Source: Opitutales bacterium (GTDB lineage Bacteria > Verrucomicrobiota > Verrucomicrobiia > Opitutales > UBA2987). From it: DNA of 64,000 nucleotides. A model generated the notes under the pieces. That model was given only the letters and a program-made list of their open reading frames with translations, searched no databases and was not told the DNA's origin. The position numbers and the translations under genes were made by a program. Each line of letters begins with the position of its first letter. Positions within the stretch are counted from its first letter, which is position 1. Location: assembly GCA_965226885.1 (NCBI GenBank), contig CBDDEL010000010.1, positions 224,001-288,000 of the forward strand, written 5' to 3'. Below are positions 20,146-31,535 of this stretch, piece by piece.

Positions 20146-22227
20146 TTACACCTCTTTTCCTATTTTATTCTGATGGATGACTTTTTGTTCGAAGTCCCGC
20201 TGCATTTCTTCGTAGTGGCTGAACTCTTCGCTGTGTATGCCCCTGCCGCCGGTGAGTGACCGCAGGGTTGTCGAGTAACGGTAAATTTCCATTTGGGGCA
20301 CCTGGGCATTGACGATCTGAAATCCATCCTTGGAGTCCATGCCCTGGATGCGGCCTCGGCGGGAAGAAATGTCGCCCATGACGTCCCCCAGGTTTTCTTC
20401 CGGGACTTTAATCTCGATATTGTAAATGGGCTCCAGGAGATAGGGTTTGGCACTCAAGAAAGCCTCCCGGAAGGCGTGTTTGCCGGCGATCTGGAAGGCG
20501 ACATCCTTGGAGTCGACGGGGTGCATTTTCCCATCGTAAAAATTGATCTTCAGGTCCACCACCCGAAAACCGGCCAAAATGCCCTCCGTGGCGGCGGAGT
20601 TGACGCCTTTTTCCACTGAGGGGACAAAAACCCTGTCCACATTCTGGCCGACGAGGGAATGGGTGAATTCCAGACCGGTATCCCGTGGTTTGGGTTCGAT
20701 GCGCATCCATACCTCGGCGAATTGCCCGGCCCCACCGGTTTGTTTTTTATGCCGGTATTTGGCCTCCCCGGGGGTGTGGATGGTCTCCCGGTAGGGAATC
20801 TTCGGCTCGATCAGCTCAATGGACACATTGAAGCGTCTTTTCAATTCGTCGATGATTACCTTTAGGTGCAGTTCCCCTTGACCGGAGAGAATGGTTTGCC
20901 CTATTTCGGGATCGGCGCGGTATTGAAAAGCGGGGTCCTCCTTGTGCAGGGTGGCCAGGCCGGTGGCGATTTTGTCTTCATCTCCCTTCGATTTGAGGAC
21001 CAGGGCGCCATGAATGTTGGGGTTCGGGTAATCGGCGCGTGGCAGATCGAGGATGTTTTTGGAATCGCAGAGGGTATCGCCGGTGTGGGTATTTTTCAAT
21101 TTGACAAAGGCGCCGATGTCGCCGCCGTGGAGCACTTCCACATTGGTCCGGTTATTGCCGTTCATGATAAAAATCTGCCCGACGCGCTCGGTCAAATTAT
21201 GGGTGCTGTTGTAAAGTTCGAGCCCGCTTTTGATGGTTCCGGAAAAGATACGAAAATAGGACAGGTCACCTACATGGGCCTCGCTGACAGTTTTGAATAC
21301 TTGTGCCACGGGTTTGGCCCCTTTGAGGTCCACTTCCACTTCGGCTTCGTTTTGGTCGCGGGCAACGGCCTTGCCGTGGTCGAGGGGGCTGTACCCGAAT
21401 TTGGCGATAAAATCCATCAAGCGGGCAACGCCGATGTTGGTCTCCCCTGCGGTTGCGAAAAGCGGGATGAATGACTCGTTTTTGACCGCTTCGTGCATGC
21501 CGGCCCGCATCTCGTCTTCCGACAGTCCGCCCTCATCGAAGAACTTCTCCAGCAGTGAATCGTCGGACTCCGCCACATACTCGATCAATTCCTGGTGGAG
21601 CTGCTCGACTTGATCGGCCCATTCTTCGGAGGGGTCCGATTCGGTGTATTTGCCGCTGCCGTTGGTTTGATAGGTGACCACCTTTCGCCTGAGTACATCG
21701 AGTGTTTGATTGAATCCGATGCCCGCATCGATGGGAACCGTCATGGGGAACACTTTTCTCCCGAACCGGCTTCTGATATCTTCCAGGACGGAGGCAAAAT
21801 CCGCATGCTCGCGGTCCAGTGCGTTGACAATCAAAATCCTGGGAATACCGCGTCGTTTGGTAAACTCCCACATCTGGCTGGCGCCAACCTCGACCCCCTG
21901 CCCGGCATGAACGACAACGAGGGCAAAATCGCTGATTTGGAGTGCGCCGAGTCCATCGCTCAAAAAATCCAGATAACCGGGGGTGTCGGCAAAATTCAAT
22001 TTTTTACCCAGCCACTCGGCATGAAGGAGGGAGGTGTGGATCGAAATCCGCCTCTTCTTCTCCTCCTCGTGATAATCGGAAACGGTGGTGCCGTTGAGTG
22101 TGCTGCCCAATCTGCCAATGACCCCGCTGCAAGCGAGCATGGATTCGGCGAGCATGGTTTTGCCCGAAGATCCATGGCCGACAATGGCAAAATTTCGCAA
22201 ATCTTCTGTTTTGTATTCCTTCTTCAA
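20146..22227 (-). CDS. fusA: Elongation factor G paralog (EF-G-like, outside the str operon)
   Basis: GHGSSGKT, DTPGY, GELHL, KKQTGGAGQF and DGKMHPVDS motifs; divergent G1 motif. Confidence 0.85.
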   Translation of the reverse strand: MKKEYKTEDLRNFAIVGHGSSGKTMLAESMLACSGVIGRLGSTLNGTTVSDYHEEEKKRRISIHTSLLHAEWLGKKLNFADTPGYLDFLSDGLGALQISDFALVVVHAGQGVEVGASQMWEFTKRRGIPRILIVNALDREHADFASVLEDIRSRFGRKVFPMTVPIDAGIGFNQTLDVLRRKVVTYQTNGSGKYTESDPSEEWADQVEQLHQELIEYVAESDDSLLEKFFDEGGLSEDEMRAGMHEAVKNESFIPLFATAGETNIGVARLMDFIAKFGYSPLDHGKAVARDQNEAEVEVDLKGAKPVAQVFKTVSEAHVGDLSYFRIFSGTIKSGLELYNSTHNLTERVGQIFIMNGNNRTNVEVLHGGDIGAFVKLKNTHTGDTLCDSKNILDLPRADYPNPNIHGALVLKSKGDEDKIATGLATLHKEDPAFQYRADPEIGQTILSGQGELHLKVIIDELKRRFNVSIELIEPKIPYRETIHTPGEAKYRHKKQTGGAGQFAEVWMRIEPKPRDTGLEFTHSLVGQNVDRVFVPSVEKGVNSAATEGILAGFRVVDLKINFYDGKMHPVDSKDVAFQIAGKHAFREAFLSAKPYLLEPIYNIEIKVPEENLGDVMGDISSRRGRIQGMDSKDGFQIVNAQVPQMEIYRYSTTLRSLTGGRGIHSEEFSHYEEMQRDFEQKVIHQNKIGKEV

Positions 22228-22329
22228 ATCAATCCCTTGGGTTTCAGGAGACGGGTGTCAGGGCGCTGGTTTCCCAGATTCCGACTACTTTCTCCTGTAT
22301 TTTGTTTTCCGATACCAATTTTGCCTGGT

Positions 22330-22830
22330 TTAAGCAAAAACACGGTTTTTAAGAGGTTTTTTGTCCAGGCGGTCGGTGAAACTTAAAATTTTCGGCTGCA
22401 CGAGGCGTTCAAAATCTTTGTAGGGCAACTTGATCAAGTCCGTGTGCGAGCCAGCATTGAAGGCAATATCTTCGTCTTCAGTCAGGCTTTGAGCGACATA
22501 AACTTCCACCCCGTATAAATTGCCGAAAGGGGGCATCGCTCCCACTTCACAATCGGGAAATTTTTCTTTGAATTCGCTTTCCGAAGCCAGGTAAACATCA
22601 AATGTGCCCATGGCCAGGGCGAGCCGGTTGAAGTCGATATGGTAACTGGCCGGCAGCACTGCCATAGCCAGTTCGCCATTTACATTTACCATCACCGGTT
22701 TGGCCATTTCCCGCCCCGGGATATGCGTCATGGCAGCTATTTCCTGGGCGCTGAAAGAGGCCGAGTGGCTGATAACTACATATTTTACAGAATTTTCATC
22801 TAGGTATTTCCTCAGTTTTTTTATGACCAT
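22330..22830 (-). CDS. YbaK/EbsC family aminoacyl-tRNA editing protein
   Basis: AK.V, DCEVGAMPPFG and FNAGSH motifs. Confidence 0.88.
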   Translation of the reverse strand: MVIKKLRKYLDENSVKYVVISHSASFSAQEIAAMTHIPGREMAKPVMVNVNGELAMAVLPASYHIDFNRLALAMGTFDVYLASESEFKEKFPDCEVGAMPPFGNLYGVEVYVAQSLTEDEDIAFNAGSHTDLIKLPYKDFERLVQPKILSFTDRLDKKPLKNRVFA

Positions 22831-23085
22831 AATTTCAAGTATTGGGTTGATGGGTATCGATTGTTCGTTGAGTGTTCAATCGGAAAAATTTCGAGCGGAC
22901 CGGCTACCGGTGCCCCGGTTGTCATACGCGAAGTATTCGGTCTTGGTATGCCGAATGAGGCCTGGTACGGCAGGCTCGTTCTCAATGGGATGATGTTTGC
23001 TCTCGCGACCACAAATAATGACAAGGAGAAATCATGTTGTCCGCCGCATCGGCGATGGCAAATTTTTTTTCTTTTTTTTCAAAAA

Positions 23086-24765
23086 TTAACCAATTAACCT
23101 TATATGGGTTTCGGCGGCATGATTTTGCAAATCCGGGTGGTCTTTTTCTTTCAATCGGATTCCATTGGATTCCATTTCGGAATTGTCTGAGAACATTTCT
23201 CGGGTCAGCAGCTTTTCTTTCAGGAAAATCAGTTCTGCCCACATTGGGCGGTCAAATTTCCAGATCAGGGCAAGCGTAACGGACGCAAAAAGCCCGATTC
23301 CAATGACGATTTCCGCAATCCACCCAGGAGAGCCCGGAGGTATGGCCCATTTTACGGGCTGGTAAAGAAGCGCCGCCACAGCGGATGCTATGAGGGGGAG
23401 ACAGAAAATTCTAGCCAACGATAATAAACTCCCTTTGCTAAAACCCAAGGCCAGCAACAGATTAATAATTGGGCAGATGATGTATACCAAACTGATGGCG
23501 ATAACGAATTCCCGGAGGCCGATTTGCACCGCTGGCAAGGTCAGCAGGAAAAACAAAATGCATTGGATAATACTGGCCAATAAAAGACGACGGAATTTCT
23601 TTTGTGAGTTCAGGTAGGACCCGGCGATGCTGCCGGAAGCCCGGAAAGCCATGCTCACAGCCAATATTTGCAAAAGGGGGATGGCCGACAGCCATTTGTC
23701 CGCATAAATGAGACGAACGAGAGGATCGGCCAGGGCGGAAATGAGCATGCTTACGGGTATCGCCAGCAAGGCCAGAACACGGCTGGCCCGCAGGAAAGCA
23801 TTCCGCTGCCTGGCCGGATCGAATTGGATTTTGCTTAATATTGGAAATAGAATGCCGGTTAAATTCTTGCTGATCAGCATGATGGATTGCACGGACAAGG
23901 AATAGGCAAAAAAATACAGCCCCACCGTTTTATTTTCGAAGAAGGCTCCCAATATGAGGTAATCTCCCCTGTTGACGATCTTGCCGAATATGGCCGTGAT
24001 TAAAATAAGGACCGACAGTCGAAAAATCGATCGCCAATGCGAAAATTCAAACCGCCAATGAATGGGCGGGCGCACCAGCAGGTATAATGTCAGGGCGCGC
24101 AATGGGCTTATGATGAGCAAGGGTAGGACGAAACTGTAGGCCCCAAAACCAGCCCACGCAAACAGGACTGACAGGGCCATTCTGCCAACCAGGAATGACA
24201 CATTGAACAAAGCCAAGGTTCGGAACTTCAAATCTATCGATAAACGCGCTCTGGAAACCGTCCCCATAGCCTGGAAAGGAGTAGCCATCGCCATAACAAT
24301 GAGCATGCCTACCAACTCCGGGCTGTTCCACAAACGGGTCGCCAAGGGGGCGCACAGCAGCATGATCCCGGATGCCGCCAGGCCCGTGAAAACGGAATAC
24401 CAGAATCCGGCGTTGGCATAGCGGTTGTATTCATCCTGCCTGGTAACAAGGAATATATTCAATCCGGTGGTCTGCACGATTTTGGCGAAACCCTGAATTG
24501 AATAGGCCAGTCCTATGATGCCGAAGTGCTCCGGCTCCAGCAACCAAGCTAGGGTAATTTGGGTGGCTAACCCAGCCACCCGCGTCACCGTCGCCCTGCT
24601 CAGCATCCACATGAACCCTTGCATGGTACGTTGCGTGAGCGAGAGGGTAGGTGCCGCAGCGGGCGAACCCTGGTTTTCCTTTTCCTGTTGCAAAGATGAC
24701 CCTTGGATAAGAATGCGATTATTTTTTTTCGGCAGTGGGGTGATTTCCGATCCTGTTTGTTTCAA
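23086..24765 (-). CDS. Polysaccharide flippase (Wzx/WzxC-like); start codon uncertain
   Basis: Multiple TM helices; LAWLLEPEHFG, D.LILG and VGLY..AY motifs. Confidence 0.85.
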   Translation of the reverse strand: MKQTGSEITPLPKKNNRILIQGSSLQQEKENQGSPAAAPTLSLTQRTMQGFMWMLSRATVTRVAGLATQITLAWLLEPEHFGIIGLAYSIQGFAKIVQTTGLNIFLVTRQDEYNRYANAGFWYSVFTGLAASGIMLLCAPLATRLWNSPELVGMLIVMAMATPFQAMGTVSRARLSIDLKFRTLALFNVSFLVGRMALSVLFAWAGFGAYSFVLPLLIISPLRALTLYLLVRPPIHWRFEFSHWRSIFRLSVLILITAIFGKIVNRGDYLILGAFFENKTVGLYFFAYSLSVQSIMLISKNLTGILFPILSKIQFDPARQRNAFLRASRVLALLAIPVSMLISALADPLVRLIYADKWLSAIPLLQILAVSMAFRASGSIAGSYLNSQKKFRRLLLASIIQCILFFLLTLPAVQIGLREFVIAISLVYIICPIINLLLALGFSKGSLLSLARIFCLPLIASAVAALLYQPVKWAIPPGSPGWIAEIVIGIGLFASVTLALIWKFDRPMWAELIFLKEKLLTREMFSDNSEMESNGIRLKEKDHPDLQNHAAETHIRLIG

Positions 24766-24867
24766 ACCTCTAAACTTCTATAATGGGGTCAAAAAAAATT
24801 GCAATTGCAGATGCATAAAATCCCGATCATAGGTTGATATAAATAAGTATCTGCTTCATTTTCTATC

Positions 24868-25464
24868 ATGATCGATAAAACCAGACCCGAAGCTCTCGCC
24901 CTGCTTCATGAATACACGAAAGGAGTAAGTCTGATCAAACACGGCTTGGCGGTGGAAGCAGCCATGCGCTGGTACGCCCACCATTTTAAGTTGGACCAGG
25001 GAGAAGAGGAATTGTGGGGCTTGACCGGCCTTCTGCATGATTTCGATTACGAGCAAAATCCTTTTCTCGGTGATAATGGCCACCCCTACGTGGGCTGCCG
25101 GATTCTACGCCAGCAAGGCTACCCGGAGGTCATGATCGAAGCCATTCTGGGCCACGCCACCTATTCGGGAGTGCCGCGCAAGACCCAAATGGCCAAGGCG
25201 CTTTTTGCCTGCGATGAATTGACCGGCCTGCTTACAGCCTCAGCTCTGGTCAGACCGGACAAGTCCCTGCACTCGTTAAAGTTGAAATCGGTTAAGAAGA
25301 AATTCAAAGACAAGGCCTTCGCCAAAACGATCAATCGGGAGGACATCCGCATCGGGGCCGAGGAGCTGGGCATTGAACTCGGCCCGCACATCGAAAACGT
25401 AATCGCGGGAATGCAAACCATCGCAGCCGACCTCGGACTGAACGGAAAAGAGGCCGCCAAATAA
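24868..25464 (+). CDS. HD-domain (HDIG-type) phosphohydrolase
   Basis: H..AVE, LLHDFDYE, AILGH and ACDELTG motifs. Confidence 0.88.
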   Translation: MIDKTRPEALALLHEYTKGVSLIKHGLAVEAAMRWYAHHFKLDQGEEELWGLTGLLHDFDYEQNPFLGDNGHPYVGCRILRQQGYPEVMIEAILGHATYSGVPRKTQMAKALFACDELTGLLTASALVRPDKSLHSLKLKSVKKKFKDKAFAKTINREDIRIGAEELGIELGPHIENVIAGMQTIAADLGLNGKEAAK

Positions 25465-25486
25465 CAAGCTTTATTGCCCCGGACCC

Positions 25487-26921
25487 TCAGCGCCAGCCGC
25501 GTTGGCCGGTTAGGTCGCGATTGGGCGTGGGTTGAAATTCCTTGTCCGGCTCTCCTACCAATCCACCATTTTTGACCCATTTGAGATCGCTGCCGTAGAG
25601 GTTTTCCAGCAGCAGGCCACTCAATTGATCGAGGGTTGATTGGTGTTCCGCCTCGGAAGATAGGTCGCAGAGTTCGTGCGGGTCGTTTTGCAGGTCGAAT
25701 AGCTGGAGACGGTTGCCGATAGGATACCAAATCAACTTGAAGCGTTTATCGCGGACCATGCGCATGGAACGATCATCCTCGAAATGTTCGCAATAGAGGT
25801 GGTCCCGGCTGGAATCCGAGATTAAGGAATGCCCTTCAACCGTTTCTGGAATGGGTATATGGCAGAGGTCCAGGAGCGTCGGCATGACGTCCCTTAATTC
25901 CGAAAGACGATTGTCCGTGCGATGATGGCCGACCTCTGAATTATCCGCCGTGGGAATGAGGATCATGGGGATTCGGGCCGATCCCTCGTGCATGTTCGAC
26001 TTGGCCCATATGTTGTGATTGCCGAGCATGTCCCCGTGGTCGGAGACGAACATGATGACGGTATTGTCGAGAAGGCCCTCCTCCCGCAAGGTGCCGATCA
26101 AGAGCCGAATCTGGTGATCGATATAGGTACACTGGGCATAAAACCCCATGCGGGCCAGCTTGAGGTCCCGGTCATTTAAATGGGGCCGGCGGGCATTGTG
26201 TTTTTTCAAGGCGTAGGGAAGATTTTCCAGATCCCGGGCCCATTGGCCGATGAATGGATCGTCAACCCCGAGGTGGTAATACATGTCGAGGTAATCCTTG
26301 GGGGGGGGTGATCGGCGGATGCACCCCGATGTAGGAACAATACCAGAAAGCCGGGCGGGTGGGGTCGCGGCGTTTTATCGTAAAACACATCTCGCGGGTC
26401 GTCCAATTGGCCGGATGGCAGTGTTCGGGCAGGTGCCAGGGCCGCACGGTGTAGGTGTTGGTGCCCATGGCATGAGTCAATTCCTCCCCGGTAAATCCCT
26501 CCCTTTCGAGAAAGTATTCGAAGTCATCCTTGACCCCGCCGTGTTGGTGGCGGCCCTCTTCGCAGAGAATCACTTCATCGAAACCGATGCGGTTCCGTTG
26601 CGGATAAACATGGAGTTTCCCCACCGCATAGGCTTGATAGCCCGCCTCCCGAAAGACCTGCGGCATGGTCGGCAATTCAGGATCCATTTTCAATTGATTG
26701 TTGAACACGCGATCTCCGTGCGTCTTGGCGGTAGTTCCGGTCATCAAAGCCCTCCGGGCCGGAATGCAGGTGGGGGTGGATGTATAGGCCTGTGTGTAAA
26801 GAACGCCACAACGGGCCAATTCATCAAGGGTTGGCGTCATTATGTGCGAATGCCCGGCAATTCCCAGCAGGGAGCCCGGCCAATGGTCAACGCATATTAA
26901 TAAAACGTTAGGCTCACTCAT
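25487..26921 (-). pseudogene. Sulfatase (Cys-type FGly), frameshifted at a G9 run
   Basis: CIPAR motif, GKLH and SDHGDMLG. ORFs 26262-26951 and 25487-26284 join if the G9 at 26300-26308 were G8; could be a sequencing error. Confidence 0.8.
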
Positions 26922-27044
26922 GTGATGTTTCCCTTCCTTTGAGGAATTCAAAGTATTAGGGAATTAATTATGAATACCGGACAAGATAACCATGATCAAT
27001 AGTATAATCCTTCGATCTCTAGTGCGATTGTGTTCCGCCCTCGA

Positions 27045-29303
27045 TTAAAACCGGAAAGTCCAGGAGAGCTTGGTGCTGATTTCCGACGAAGATGGGTAGC
27101 CAACCGGCGTTGGACGTGTCCACTACCTGGTTGAAGACCAGGAAGAGGTCGTTGCCGGGCCTGATGGTCCAGCGAATGCGGCTGTTGAGCCCGAAGGTAT
27201 CCGAAACATTATCCCATTGGGTAACGATGTTCCAGGTAAGACTGGGTGAAAAGAGAATATTGAGATTCATGGTGGCGATGTTCACGTCGAAATTTCCATG
27301 AGGCAGCCGGATCATGTTTTTGCCGTATTCGGCCAGAAGGTTGAAATGAGGCGTTGGCCGCCAGCCGACCGTAGTGCCGATGTAGGTGCGGGATCCATCG
27401 TAAAAATCCCCGCCGGAAAAATTAACTGTGGCATTGAGGGAACGATGGTCGGAGGTGCCGGCATCGATAAAGAAGCGCCGAGTGCGGTAGTCTCCGGCCG
27501 GAATTACCACCCCGTCGGTAATTTCAAAAGATTCGAATATCTGTTCGCGTCCCAATTGCAGTGGAGAGGTGGCGAGCCAATCCTGGGAATTGCTTTCGAT
27601 GAAAATGTAGGGCAAATTCCACCAGGTGGAATCGACTTCCCCATTCAGGTTTATGGACAGGTTGTTAAATAATTCCAAATAGATGGAATCGAGAAAATCC
27701 GGCCTCCAGCGGCGGCCGATCCAGGCAATAGTGTCGTGCACACCGGTCTGGGCAATAAAACCGAGGGCGGGGTTGAAGTCCTTGCCGAATCGGCGGTAAA
27801 AAATGGCCCATTCCCATTTGTCGTTGGGGTATTCCAGGTTTATTCCCAGCGCGGTATCATCGCCATGTTCACCATCGGTAATAGATTTTTGCAAATAGAT
27901 GTTGCCCTGCAATGTCTGGCCAGACCCTCGAAAATCGGAATTTTTGTAGTTGAAATCCAATCCACCCAAAAAATGGCTGCCGTTGGTGTGCGGGTCGCCA
28001 CTGGTAAAAATCATGCCGACCGAGGATTCGTCGAGAATATTGAGCGAGGCCCGGCCGATCGACAGGGTTTTTGATTCCAGCGTATCCGTTTTCTCCACTT
28101 GCACACTGAGGAGGCCAGAAATTAACCGCTCCGGTGCGGCCGGTCACCTTGAGGCCGCCGATGATGTCTATGGGCCGGCCATCGGGACCCAGACCGATTT
28201 TTCGGGAGTGAAACGGCAGTGGATTTTGTTGAATGCCGCCGAATCGGAAAATGGTGGCATCCTGCAAAAAGAAATCCCTTTTCTCCGCGAAAAAAAGCGG
28301 AAAACGCGAAAGATTAACCCTTCTATCATCGATTTCCGCTTCCGCAAAATCGGTGTTCAAGGTGAGAGCGGCCGTAATGGCCGGGGTGATTTTGTAAAAG
28401 AGGTCAAAGCCTGATTTGAGGTCAAAATCATTGCTTCCGCCATTGGCGCTCTGGTGAATGCCTTTCATGGTGGCGTAGGGAATAAAATCCAGACCGAAGC
28501 CTTGATTGAGGCCGCTCAAATTTTGCAACTCTCCCGCCACGCCCATGGAGGATATGTTGCTGTTGCGGGAGGCCCCGGCCCACCGAACCGTTTCGTTTTT
28601 TCGCTGGATGGACCTTTCCACATTGAACCCCCAGGTGTCAATTTTCGGATCGAAACTGACCGATTTCATGGGAATCGCCATTTCCGCCGACCAGCCATGG
28701 TCATCAATGGAAGATTTCCCATACCAGATACCATCCCATTCCTCTTTGTAGCCTTCGTCCTCCAAATCGGCCGAAATAAGGCCGTCCCGCCGTGCTCCCA
28801 GCGGGTTGATTTGAAAATAATAGCCGTTGCGCTGATCGTGAAAGGTGTCCAGGGTCACACTAACCGAGTCTTCGGAACCCAGAAATACGTCCCGCTGCAT
28901 TTTTTTGGCCACGATGCGCTCCGGTTCGGAATCGTAAGCCCGGATGCCGACATAAAGAAAATTTGAATCGTATAAAAGCCGGATATAGGTTTCCTCCGTG
29001 GCATTTGAACATTCATCCGGCTCCTCCTGGGTAAAGTTGGAAATGAGGGGCGCATCCGACTATTCCCCATCGTCGAGAACTCCATCGATCTTGGGAGGCT
29101 GATCGGTTCTCGTCATCTTCAGACGAGGTTTCCCCCCCTCCATCCAGGATTTTTTGGCGATTTCTTCGGTGACAAAATCATCCGCCCATATGTCGGCGAT
29201 TCCATTGCCCGCAAAAAAGGCGAGTATTAAAATGAATTTACCGTGCGCCGGGAAACGGCATCCGGAAAATCCGGCTGTGTATTTTAGATGAAAACAATTT
29301 CAT
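27045..29303 (-). pseudogene. Carbohydrate-binding family 9-like / DUF5916 outer-membrane protein, multiply disrupted
   Basis: PKIDGVLDDGE*SDAP (TAG at 29060-29062 where Trp is expected); NTDFAEAEIDD..VNLSRF.LFF.EKR.FF; frameshifts near 28117 and 27095; terminal TFRF in a third frame. Confidence 0.82.
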
Positions 29304-29672
29304 GCAGGGGCGCTATTAATGGTTTCTCCTTATGGTTACCGGTTGCACAGTCCAGAGGTTACAAAATTCCAAGGTTTTTGTTTTTCCTCGTTACATTTTC
29401 CATTAAATCGGGATGAGGATTTTGTAGATTCCAGGCAGTTTTTGACTAATGAAAAGATCCTGACCGTCTTGTGCATAAATTATGCCAAAGAGATGATTAA
29501 ATGTGTATCACGCTATGAACAAACAAGATACGGAAAAGATCTCTTTCCAAGACTCCAATCCGTAAAAGAGGTGTTGCTATATCGGAACACTCCTCGTCCC
29601 GTTTATGGGACGATCGTCAGGCCCTCTTTAGCTCTCTCCACGGCCGGGAAAAATATCGGCATCCCGCGAGTG

Positions 29673-30467
29673 TCAATTTGCCGTTAGGGCGCGGGTCAAG
29701 TCATCGACATTGAAAACGTAACCGAAGTTTAAGGCGACCCTCCAGAGAGCGTTCTCCTTGCCCAGTTGCTGGCGGGCCGTTTCCTTGTTTTCCACGGCGG
29801 TGACAGCCTGTCTTAGGGCGGAGCACATGAGGCCGTGTTTTTTCATTTCGGCCATGCCGCCGGGACTGAGCAATAAGCACCAGTTAATGGCAAAACCAGC
29901 GTAAATCAGGTGGTTAATCTCGAACTCCTTGCACAGAGCGAACAATTGCCGGGCATTTTCCGCAATACCCTCTTCACCTTGGGGCCGGGCCTCTTTGGCA
30001 ACATCCAGATTTTTAAAACCGCTTTCGATATCCTCGATATTATGTGCACCTAGATCGTCTTTGAAGCGGCGAAGATTTTCCAGAATAGGGTCGCTGGCAA
30101 TTTGCTCGAATTTTTCCGATTCCGGCCCGGCCAGCCGCTGGGCTAGCTTATAACCCGCGAAATGGCGGTAGTGATCACCTTTTAATACTACATGAAACAG
30201 TTGCATTGGCGATGCCCGCACGGTCGAAAGCAGGGACGGAAAAACCTCGCGGCATATTTCCTGGGCGCGAATCAAGAATTCCGCTTTTCGGTACCAGCCG
30301 GGATATTGTTCAATGGTTCCGGCATCCCAGGCATGCATGACAACGAGAGCGGTATGCCGGGGGTCGATTTCCAAATCAGCGCAACGCCATCCCTGGAAGC
30401 CTTCGGCGGGAACGCCCAAGGAGTAGTCTGCATCAAATTGATTGTAAAAAAATGCGCGCAGTTTCAT
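29673..30467 (-). CDS. Isochorismatase/cysteine-hydrolase-like protein
   Basis: TALVVM..W and LIYAGFAINWC motifs; ATGA-coupled to the upstream gene. Confidence 0.6.
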   Translation of the reverse strand: MKLRAFFYNQFDADYSLGVPAEGFQGWRCADLEIDPRHTALVVMHAWDAGTIEQYPGWYRKAEFLIRAQEICREVFPSLLSTVRASPMQLFHVVLKGDHYRHFAGYKLAQRLAGPESEKFEQIASDPILENLRRFKDDLGAHNIEDIESGFKNLDVAKEARPQGEEGIAENARQLFALCKEFEINHLIYAGFAINWCLLLSPGGMAEMKKHGLMCSALRQAVTAVENKETARQQLGKENALWRVALNFGYVFNVDDLTRALTAN

Positions 30468-31462
30468 CTCCACGGCATTTTTCTTTTTGTATATTGGCGG
30501 CCGATTTCGGCTGCGTCCTCTCTGCGGCCAGCACCGATCATGACTCCTTTGTCAAGACGCTTGACAACGTTGTCGGGCAATACGTTGTCCAGAAAATAAA
30601 CACCGTTGGCTTTACAGGCTGCCAGCACCCTGTCCCCCGCGGCGGCGACCTCAGGCAGGACCGGTGGATCCGCCCGCCCTTCCAGGGACCCATAGGCGAG
30701 GCCCAGGTCGCGCGGTCCATGCTCGGCGAAACAGATTCCTGGCACGTCGATGCTTTCCTCTGTGTTTTTGAGGGCTTCCTGGTCTTCGAGCTTGATTCCG
30801 AGCATGATCTCGCCATCCGGGTTCAACGGCCAAACATCGGCTTTTTGCAGGTATTCCTTCTTATCAATGCCCCAGACCCAGGCCGCAAATATATGGCTTC
30901 CCCAGCCCCGAAGACCCGTCCCGAGAACCTCCACCGATTGCTTGTGAATGGGATAGCGGGCCGCCTGCACATACCGTTTAACGGCCTCCGTGTCACGAGC
31001 CCGGGCCAGGTGGATGCCGTGGACGCCCTGGGCCAGGGCCTGTTGGATCATCCAGGAACCTCCCATGAAAGTGTCTTCATCCAGACCGAGCACGGGGAGG
31101 GAGACAATAACCGTAGGGGTGCGGTGCCCGCTGGGCGTCGGTCCGCCGTCCACGAGGCCTTTCATGAACTCGCGCAGGAGCGTAAAATCAAGCGGGCTGT
31201 GCTCCATATTGTAAATTATGTAATCCCCCCAGGTGCCGGCCATGTTTTTGCCCTCCTCGTAACCGCCGTAAGCGGCTGCGTAGTAAATGGGCTGACCGGC
31301 CGCCAGCAACTCGATGCATTTATTAACCCGCCGCGGCTCCCAGGCCGGGGCGTCCTCCTTCGCCTTCAATGCCTCTTCCGCCCGCGCCAGGGAAACAGCC
31401 GCCATTACAGACATAAGGGCCGGTATTAACCATTTAGTTCCGAAAAGTGAGTCCAATTTCAT
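30464..31462 (-). CDS. HpcH/HpaI aldolase/citrate lyase family protein with signal peptide
   Basis: MEH, LAQGVHGI, RYP...G.RG.G, KLED and GPRDL motifs; N-terminal signal peptide. Confidence 0.8.
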   Translation of the reverse strand: MKLDSLFGTKWLIPALMSVMAAVSLARAEEALKAKEDAPAWEPRRVNKCIELLAAGQPIYYAAAYGGYEEGKNMAGTWGDYIIYNMEHSPLDFTLLREFMKGLVDGGPTPSGHRTPTVIVSLPVLGLDEDTFMGGSWMIQQALAQGVHGIHLARARDTEAVKRYVQAARYPIHKQSVEVLGTGLRGWGSHIFAAWVWGIDKKEYLQKADVWPLNPDGEIMLGIKLEDQEALKNTEESIDVPGICFAEHGPRDLGLAYGSLEGRADPPVLPEVAAAGDRVLAACKANGVYFLDNVLPDNVVKRLDKGVMIGAGRREDAAEIGRQYTKRKMPWR

Positions 31463-31535
31463 TAACAGCCAACAGGTAATTAACAGCCAACAGGTAATCT
31501 ATAGGCGCAGATAGGCAAGAAGATATAGAATTTTG

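Noticed and set aside
29319..29687. 122-aa ORF
   Set aside because: It lies in AT-rich intergenic DNA with no motif or convincing RBS, so it cannot be supported.
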